From NCBI GenBank assembly GCA_030141605.1, contig JAQGDQ010002254.1, forward strand, positions 1 to 6,134: a stretch of DNA of 6,134 nt. The letters are read 5' to 3'. This document shows positions 1-6,134 of the stretch, one piece after another. The notes beneath the pieces are model-generated. The model searched no databases. It saw nothing but the letters and a program-made list of their open reading frames with translations, and was not told the origin of the DNA. This DNA is from Tubiluchus corallicola. Its lineage: Eukaryota > Animalia > Priapulida. Both the position numbers and the translations under genes were made by a program. The stretch's first letter is position 1. Each line of letters begins with the position of its first letter.

Positions 1-332
1 GCTAGCGTAAAATGTGCAGACACCACGGGGCACCACTGAGAGGAAAGTTTTGACCAAAGCTGTTATTACAGCACTGTTTGAATTGGTTATTTAGTAAAAA
101 ATTACAATATATATTTTCTTGGAAGTACGGTTATCATACGAAAATCGAGCAAACTTCAAACTGCAGTTTTGCACTGAAGCTGTCTCTAGTCTTATCTCAT
201 ACGGATGGCCAAAGTGTCATTGATGCCAAGTTAGAGCGTAAAGATAAACATGAAATTAGGTATCGCATGCAGTCTAAAAGTTTGAAAAGTTGATCTTAAC
301 TAACGACAGTGTCTTTGATCTTTTTGTGTACA

Positions 333-397
333 AAGCCTGGACTTAGTTTAATCCTGGTTTTGGGCTAAGGCTCATTTAACCAACTTGGGAATTACCC
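333..397. mobile_element. Possible right terminus of a non-autonomous DNA transposon (PIF/Harbinger-like MITE)
   Basis: AAGCCTGGACTTAGTTTAATCCTGG...TTAACCAACTTGGGAATTACCC resembles from memory the termini of aquatic-animal Harbinger-type MITEs. No partner inverted repeat was seen in the window. Confidence 0.25.
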
Positions 398-1195
398 TGT
401 GGTACCTCTGTTCAACCTTGCTAGTTGGCTGAAGGTCATTACTCATAATCTTCGACAGTTTAGAGTGGTCCAGAATCGTTCACCAATAATGGCCGCAAAC
501 AGGCTAGAGTGACGTATCAAGGTAATGTCACTGCTGCCTTCATGGCACGATGATTGTAGAAGCTTGGAACCTAGAGGAGAACATGAAACATATTCCAGTT
601 AAGTTGTCAGTCATCAAGAGACATCATGTAGGCCTATGAACAAAAACACTAACCAGCATGTACATTTAGCCTTCACTTTCAGAAAATTGAAACAGCCATT
701 CTGGTGAGTAACCTCAATGTTTTTCATATTTTTATTACTTTCAACTTTTCACCCATTTTGTTGTGTTCTGTTTTTGTTTATTAAATCCGATTTTTCTAAT
801 CGCATATTCAACTGTTCACATGATTTTGCAGTTCGCAGTATGTCTGTCGTTTTGGATAACACATTAGATTAAATGGCATGTTACAGTCTAATAATAATGG
901 AAAAAAAATTTTTCATTAGTCTACCGTGATATTATGATGATGAATCATAAGATATAGAAAGTGACTTAAGTGAAACTAAATATATTAGAGCTGCTTGCTC
1001 TTAGTAAGTGCCCCATTTCTCCTCCCAGCCTTCATTAACCTACGTAACAATTTAAATTTCATTCATTCAATTGGTTTTCTACAAACTCGTATGGGCCGTT
1101 ATAGCTTCCTGTTATGTGGTTTTGCCCACCGTCTCTACCTAACTATGATAAGCAACTATTGCAGTTTTACATTTGCATGCATTATGCCCAACAAT

Positions 1196-1213
1196 ATCAT
1201 CATCATCATTATC
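1196..1213. repeat. Short (ATC)n microsatellite: (ATC)4ATTATC here, (ATC)3ATTATC at 2538-2552 and 3610-3624
   Basis: Direct reading; lies immediately next to the LINE target site. Confidence 0.8.
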
Positions 1214-1262
1214 AACAGTGTTAATGTTACACGCCAAATCATCCCAGAACTCACAGCGAAGA

Positions 1263-1768
1263 GGTGGCTGTATCAAGTTCCATCTAATTAATTTAATTAA
1301 ACGTAATAATGAAATATAATCTAGCAAATTAATGAAGTAATTAATATAATAAATTTGCCAAAAAAATTAATGCTATATAGCCTACTTGCAGTTGAAGTAT
1401 ACTGAAGTATAGCTGATGTTAAAAAAGCAATACTCACCAGAAGTTAGTATGCCTTTCATGCTATATAATATACACTGTACTAAATTAGGTGCAACAATTT
1501 AATCATGGCACGGTGGCTGCATCGAGTTCCATCTAACTAACTTAATTAAAGGTAATTATGAAATATAATCTAGCAAGTTAATTAAATAATTAATATAATA
1601 AATTCGTCAAAAAAATTAATGCCATATTCCTACTTGCAGTTAAAATCTAAATACGAAAACAAAATGGAGCTGATGTTAAAAAAGCAATACTCACCAAAAG
1701 TTAGTATGTCTATCATGCTATATAATATACACTGTACTAAATTAGGTGCAACAATTTAATCATGGCAC
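1263..1768. repeat. Module X doublet (A-type 1263-1511, B-type 1512-1768); further copies at 2593-2841, 2842-3098, 3674-3930
   Basis: Each copy starts GGTGGCTG and ends AATCATGGCAC; very AT-rich with many TAAT/TTAATTAA motifs. Confidence 0.92.
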
Positions 1769-1997
1769 GACGTGGTGAAACGATAAATGGTCACTACCAT
1801 GATGTGAATATGAATGATAAGATATAGCGGGTAATTTAAGTAAAACTAAATATATTTTAATAAAATATACATAGTACTAACTTAGGTGTAACAATCTAAT
1901 CATGGCACGACATGGTGGAACGATGAATGGTCACTACCATGATGTGAAAAATGAGTCATATGATATGGCAACTAATTTAAGTAAAGCTAAATATATT
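1725..1997. repeat. Module Y doublet (~140-bp period; 1725-1856 and 1865-1997); repeated at 3055-3327 and, partly deleted, 3887-4108
   Basis: Shared ATATACA...TAGGTG...AATCATGGCACGAC...ATGGTCACTACCATGATGTGAA...TAATTTAAGTAAA..TAAATATATT. The first ~45 bp overlaps the end of module X. Confidence 0.9.
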
Positions 1998-2280
1998 AGA
2001 CCTTGCTTGCTTCCTCTTAGTAAGTAAAGAGCTTGACCAAGGAAGGGCCCCATTTCTCCTACCAGCCTTAGTTACCCTACGTAACAGTTTCAAATCCGTT
2101 CGTTCAGTTTGCTTCTGCGAACTCGTATGAGCTGTGCAGCTCTTCGCATGATTTGGCAATTCTCGTACATGTCATTATAGCTTCCTGTTATGTGGCTTTG
2201 GCCCTTAAGCTACCATCTACCTAACTATGATAAGTAACTATTGCAAAGTTTTACATTTCCATGCATTTTGCCCAACAATA

Positions 2281-2529
2281 GTAGTACAACGTCGAAGCCG
2301 ATACGGCTAAATCAGTGCGAGTCAGATGTCCATGAAACCATCTCTTATCCACGACTTGAACCTTCTTGCATATCCAAGCATCCGTCTTTCTTCATCGAGT
2401 TTTTCGGCACAGTTGTTGACTAGGGATCTCCATGCAGGACGGTCGTGAACTGCGAAAGGCAGCTTGTCCAACATTCCACCTTTCCTCAGAGAGAACTTCA
2501 CCTTGTCCTTGAAGCGAAGGAGAGGACGA
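2281..2529 (-). mobile_element. 5'-truncated non-LTR retrotransposon (LINE), RTE/BovB-like clade, 3' end only
   Basis: 249-bp GC-richer insert absent from the paralogous site at 3602-3611. Flanked by direct repeat CCAACAATA (2272-2280, 2530-2538). Minus strand encodes GRPLLRFKDKVK...AVHDRPAWRSLV, matching the GRPxxR(W/F/Y)KD...AxDRxxWR C-terminal motif typical of RTE-clade ORFs (recognised from memory, not searched). Stop TGA at 2322-2324, then a ~40-nt 3' UTR ending in a (TAC)2 tail. Confidence 0.85.
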
Positions 2530-2531
2530 CC
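2322..2531 (-). pseudogene. C-terminal fragment (~69 codons) of RTE-like retrotransposon ORF
   Basis: Uninterrupted frame GRPLLRFKDKVKFSLRKGGMLDKLPFAVHDRPAWRSLVNNCAEKLDEERRMLGYARRFKSWIRDGFMDI*. No endonuclease or RT domains present. The N-terminal part of the listed 111-aa ORF comes from the host repeat. Confidence 0.8.
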
Positions 2532-2574
2532 AACAATATCATCATCATTATCAACAGTGTTTATGTTATATGCC

Positions 2575-3646
2575 CAGAACTCACAGCGAAGAGGTGGCTG
2601 TATCAAGTTCCATCTAATTAATTTAATTAAACGTAATAATGAAATATAATCTAGCAAATTAATGAAGTAATTAATATAATAAATTTGCCAAAAAAATTAA
2701 TGCTATATAGCCTACTTGCAGTTGAAGTATACTGAAGTATAGCTGATGTTAAAAAAGCAATACTCACCAAAAGTTAGTATGCCTTTCATGCTATATAATA
2801 TACACTGTACTAAATTAGGTGCAACAATTTAATCATGGCACGGTGGCTGCATCGAGTTCCATCTAACTAACTTAATTAAAGGTAATTATGAAATATAATC
2901 TAGCAAGTTAATTAAATAATTAATATAATAAATTCGTCAAAAAAATTAATGCCATATTCCTACTTGCAGTTAAAATCTAAATACGAAAACAAAATGGAGC
3001 TGATGTTAAAAAAGCAATACTCACCAAAAGTTAGTATGTCTATCATGCTATATAATATACACTATACAAAATTAGGTGCAACAATTTAATCATGGCACGA
3101 CGTGGTGAAACGATAAATGGTCACTACCATGATGTGAATATGAATGATAAGATATAGCGGGTAATTTAAGTAAAACTAAATATATTTTAATAAAATATAC
3201 ATAGTACTAACTTAGGTGTAACAATCTAATCATGGCACGACATGGTGGAACGATGAATGGTCACTACCATGATGTGAAAAATGAGTCATATGATATGGCA
3301 ACTAATTTAAGTAAAGCTAAATATATTAGACCTTGCTTGCTTCCTCTTAGTAAGTAAAGAGCTTGACCAAGGAAGGGCCCCATTTCTCCTACCAGCCTTA
3401 GTTACCCTACGTAACAGTTTCAAATCCGTTCGTTCAGTTTGCTTCTGCGAACTCGTATGAGCTGTGCAGCTCTTCGCATGATTTGGCAATTCTCGTACAT
3501 GTCATTATAGCTTCCTGTTACGTGGCTTTGGCCCTTAAGCTACCATCTACCTAACTATGATAAGTAACTATTGCAAAGTTTTACATTTCCATGCATTTTG
3601 CCCAACAATATCATCATCATTATCAACAGTGTTTATGTTATATGCC
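2575..3646. repeat. Recent tandem duplication, copy 2 (1072 bp, empty LINE site)
   Basis: About 99.6% identical to copy 1 outside the insert; identical 60-aa ORFs at 1977-2159 and 3307-3489. Confidence 0.95.
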
Positions 3647-4461
3647 AAATCATCCCAGAACTCACCGCGAGGAGGTGGCTGCATCGAATTCCATCTAATT
3701 AACTTAATTAAAGGTAATTATGAAATATAATCTAGCAAGTTACTTAAATAATTAATATAATAAATTCGTCAAAAAAATTAATGCCATATTCCTACTTGCA
3801 GTTAAAATCTAAATACGAAAACAAAATGGAGCTGATGTTAAAAAAGCAATACTCACCAAAAGTTAGTATGTCTATCATGCTATATAATATACACTGTACT
3901 AAATTAGGTGCAACAATTTAATCATGGCACGGTGTGGTGAAATTTAAGCGGGTAATTTAAGTAAAACTAAATATATTTTAATAAAATATACATAGTACTA
4001 ACTTAGGTGTAACAATCTAATCATGGCACGACATGGTGGAACGATGAATGGTCACTACCATGATGTGAAAAATGAGTCATATGATATGGCAAGTAATTTA
4101 AGTAAAGCGTATTTCGTGCAGTTGTTCATTGCTCGTTTCATCAATGATGTTACAGTTTACTTATTTAGAGTCGGTTTGGAATACTAAAAACATTAGACTG
4201 TATTATGTATTCTCTGTAAAGAATATTTTCCGACATAAGTCGTTACTGTAACTGTGTACCAGATTTGCGTATCTACTCTTCCAGCTTCAGATTCTGGGCA
4301 GGGTCCGCCGAGAAGAAAAAATGCTGGTGCGAGATGAAACTAAGGCCACAAGTGCATGGAAGGATTTTATCCAGGGAGAAAGTTTAAAGAGCTCTAACAC
4401 GAAAATTCGAAATGAACAATACAACCCAAGTGCGTTCATTTACTGGGTTACTATTCAAGTA

Positions 4462-4540
4462 CCTACCTTTCCAGTTGCTTCAGAATCTTGGGTTGCTACT
4501 GTCGTCCCTACCTTTGCAGAGCCTCCAAGATCTTGGGTTG
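4462..4540. repeat. Two-copy 45-bp degenerate tandem repeat (15 codons), possible third remnant at ~4269-4298
   Basis: CCTACCTTT...ATCTTGGGTTG at 4462-4495 and 4507-4540, offset 45. Confidence 0.75.
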
Positions 4541-4570
4541 TTAACAGTGCCTTTGTGATATCTTGCTTTT
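4467..4570 (-). CDS. Candidate internal exon of an unidentified minus-strand gene (xKQDITKALLTTQDLGGSAKVGTTVATQDSEATGK)
   Basis: Minus strand has a long polypyrimidine tract and acceptor (TTTATTTACTTTCCACTTTTTTCTTACTTCAG, ending 4571) and donor AAG|GTAGGT (4466-4461). Only one frame is open across the 104 nt. No homology recognised. Confidence 0.42.
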
Positions 4571-4751
4571 CTGAAGTAAGAAAAAAGTGGAAAGTAAATA
4601 AAGCTGTTTGTCTCACAAAGCTAGACGATTCTTGTCGTAATTTTTGACAAGTTTAAACAAACTAACAAACCTCCATCGGTTGATTTGCAGGATCAACCCC
4701 GAGTTCTTGCCCTCAAGTGGTAACTAACAAGCTGTTGCTAAGAAGTGTTTA

Positions 4752-4813
4752 TGACGTCACAGGAAAGTGTCCCCAGACCGGAATTACACCTCACTTCTGT
4801 AAAGTGATATAAA
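4752..4813 (+). promoter_or_regulatory. Cluster of CRE palindrome, ETS-like and TATA-like motifs
   Basis: TGACGTCA 4752-4759, CAGGAA 4760-4765, CCGGAA 4778-4783, TATAAA 4808-4813. Motif matches only. Confidence 0.25.
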
Positions 4814-5554
4814 TTTACTAAAAAGGAATAAATTTTAAATAAATGATTAACAAAATGCTGCTAAAAGGGACTATTTAAATTCATTCGATATTTTTTATGC
4901 AATTCGGAATCATGCACACTGGAATCCAGTTGTGATTGGTAGGTTGTATTCAAATTTTATGATCGTAGCGAGAGAGGAATCTCGCTCATTATCAAGACCA
5001 CTAAGATGAGCCACTGAACTGTCAGAGGTGTCTGAACACATCCAGGTGTAAACACCACCTCCCTCTGTGGGGTAAACAACCAGAATCAGCATCGCAAATG
5101 AGACTGCCTCGATGGAGAATGAAAGTCGTTCACCCATCCATAAACTCCCCCGTTCTGTTAACTTCACTTAAGAACACTGTTACCAGTCAGCTAAAATAAG
5201 GGACATACGTACTTACAATAAAATTGTCAATAAGATTTTCAAAACTGAGTGTCACCAGTAATTACTGCGCACCTGCAGGCGATACTGATACCCCAAAACC
5301 ATTGCGCAACTTGATATTTTTATCATGCGTATCTATGCTTAGTGTACAAGGTTGGCAAACGACAGAAATAAAAACAAAAAGGGACTTTAGGCGTCCTTGC
5401 GTTGCCATTGCGTTCTTTTTTCTATCAAGGAATGAGGCTGGCTATACGTTGGTTTCTGCCTGCTGAAATTGTAATTGAACTATTTGGTATGCCTTTAACT
5501 GTTATTTCCATCTTCACCGACAATTAATATATAGAACTCTGCACAAAATCTCTG

Positions 5555-5615
5555 AAAAAAAATTGCAATCCCAACTAGGAGTCGAACCCAGGCCTGCTTC
5601 TACCATCCAATTAAC
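5555..5615 (-). pseudogene. tRNA-derived remnant (T-arm/Pol III B-box; tRNA pseudogene or SINE head)
   Basis: Minus strand CTGGG-TTCGACT-CCTAG (5591-5575) forms a 5-bp stem and 7-nt T-loop containing B-box GGTTCGACTCC, followed by a T8 run (5562-5555). No convincing D-arm, anticodon arm or acceptor stem. Confidence 0.5.
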
Positions 5616-6061
5616 ATCTAACATAATGTCAATCATTTTCGTTGACTGCCCAATCAGCGTGCAAGTTATTTCGTACCCCTGCAGAGCTTAATTAACGCAG
5701 GTTCTTTCGGGACATTTAGCTACAGCTGCGTCTAATGCTGTTAAGAAAAATGCTCAGCTTTTCCTTAGTTAGCGGGATATAATATTGACCTGGCTCTAGA
5801 CTTTATTATTGTCAGTTGAAATTGCAAATGAATTAGTGGAAATATGTAGTCTAGTTTCGTTTTTAGGAAGAAATACACAATGGTTACGTCTATGAGTTGC
5901 TGATTAAACCATTTTGCGATCAAGAAAATAGGCAGTTAGTTTAGCTTATGGCTTTGCAAGTTAGATAAAAGCAACTATTTGATTAACTTTAAATAAGGAA
6001 AAAATAAAACGTTTTCTTTTCTGGCCAGTTTTTATAAACCGCAATGAGATCTTCATAGTCA

Positions 6062-6080
6062 ATATATATATATACATATA
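6062..6080. repeat. Short interrupted (AT)n microsatellite
   Basis: ATATATATATATACATATA. Confidence 0.75.
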
Positions 6081-6134
6081 AATACGGAAAGGATGATCAT
6101 TCCACTTTTCTATAAATTTGGCATTAGTTTTACT

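Larger units (their letters stand above)
2272..2538. repeat. 9-bp target-site duplication CCAACAATA (2272-2280 and 2530-2538)
   Basis: Single copy at the empty paralogous sites (3602-3610 and 1188-1196), two copies flanking the insert. Confidence 0.93.
1245..2574. repeat. Recent tandem duplication, copy 1 (1072-bp unit plus 258 bp of LINE and TSD)
   Basis: Aligns to 2575-3646 at offset 1330 before the insert. Manual comparison gives 4 substitutions: 1440G/2770A, 1734G/3064A, 1738T/3068A, 2191T/3521C. Confidence 0.95.
860..4108. repeat. Complex nested tandem array (basic monomer Z-X-Y-Y', ~830 bp) with diverged A-type and B-type copies
   Basis: A diverged Y-end/Z copy at ~920-1262 (weak similarity back to ~860) aligns with 3263-3673. 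B-type X recurs at 2842 and 3674 (period 832). The array ends abruptly after AGTAAAGC at 4108. The left boundary is approximate. Confidence 0.88.

Noticed and set aside
78-293. 71-aa ORF (also the 80-aa ORF at 5224-5466)
   Set aside because: Short, TTG-started, with no recognisable motif; expected by chance.
995-1327. ORFs 995-1291 (+) and 1139-1327 (-) as genes
   Set aside because: Non-ATG starts, poly-Ile/Asp from the ATC microsatellite, and frames disrupted or altered in paralogous copies.
1640-1700. Hammerhead ribozyme/retrozyme in the tandem repeats (CGAAAAC ... CTGATG)
   Set aside because: The core CUGAUGA is absent (CTGATGTT) and no flanking stems were found; I saw no CTGATGA on either strand.
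2241-2649. Plus-strand ORFs 2241-2423 and 2464-2649
   Set aside because: Antisense shadows of the LINE fragment that cross the insertion junctions.
1977-3489. Identical 60-aa ORFs at 1977-2159 and 3307-3489 as a duplicated gene
   Set aside because: Identity simply reflects the recent duplication; TTG start, no recognisable domain, and the frame is broken in the A-type copy.
1245-3646. LTR pair of an LTR retrotransposon
   Set aside because: The copies are directly adjacent, with no TG...CA ends, PBS/PPT or internal domain, and the boundaries fall inside an older repeat module.
860-4108. CRISPR-like or diversity-generating array
   Set aside because: Units are 140-1072 bp and duplicated along their whole length; there are no short repeats with unique spacers and no cas or RT genes.
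4321-4647. 108-aa plus-strand ORF as a gene
   Set aside because: No recognisable homology; splice signals and the repeat peptide fit the minus strand better. Not formally excluded.

Overview
AT-rich, eukaryotic-looking (probably invertebrate) and mostly non-coding DNA with no intact protein-coding gene. The centre (~860-4108) is a complex nested tandem array. Its basic ~830-bp monomer has modules Z (GC-richer), X (~250 bp, very AT-rich) and a doubled ~140-bp Y, and occurs as an older diverged A-type and a younger B-type. On top of that is a very recent 1072-bp tandem duplication (1245-2574 / 2575-3646; 4 substitutions by manual alignment). The first copy carries a 249-bp, 5'-truncated, minus-strand RTE-clade LINE fragment with a 9-bp target-site duplication, and the second copy preserves the empty site. 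Several junctions show microhomology or templated filler. A candidate minus-strand exon lies at 4467-4570, and each of the five X modules carries a candidate 23-nt minus-strand micro-exon (TAG...G|GTGAGT), which is speculative. A tRNA-like T-arm/B-box remnant lies near 5575-5591. I see no solid evidence for a new biological system; the duplicated micro-exon cassette is the best lead.
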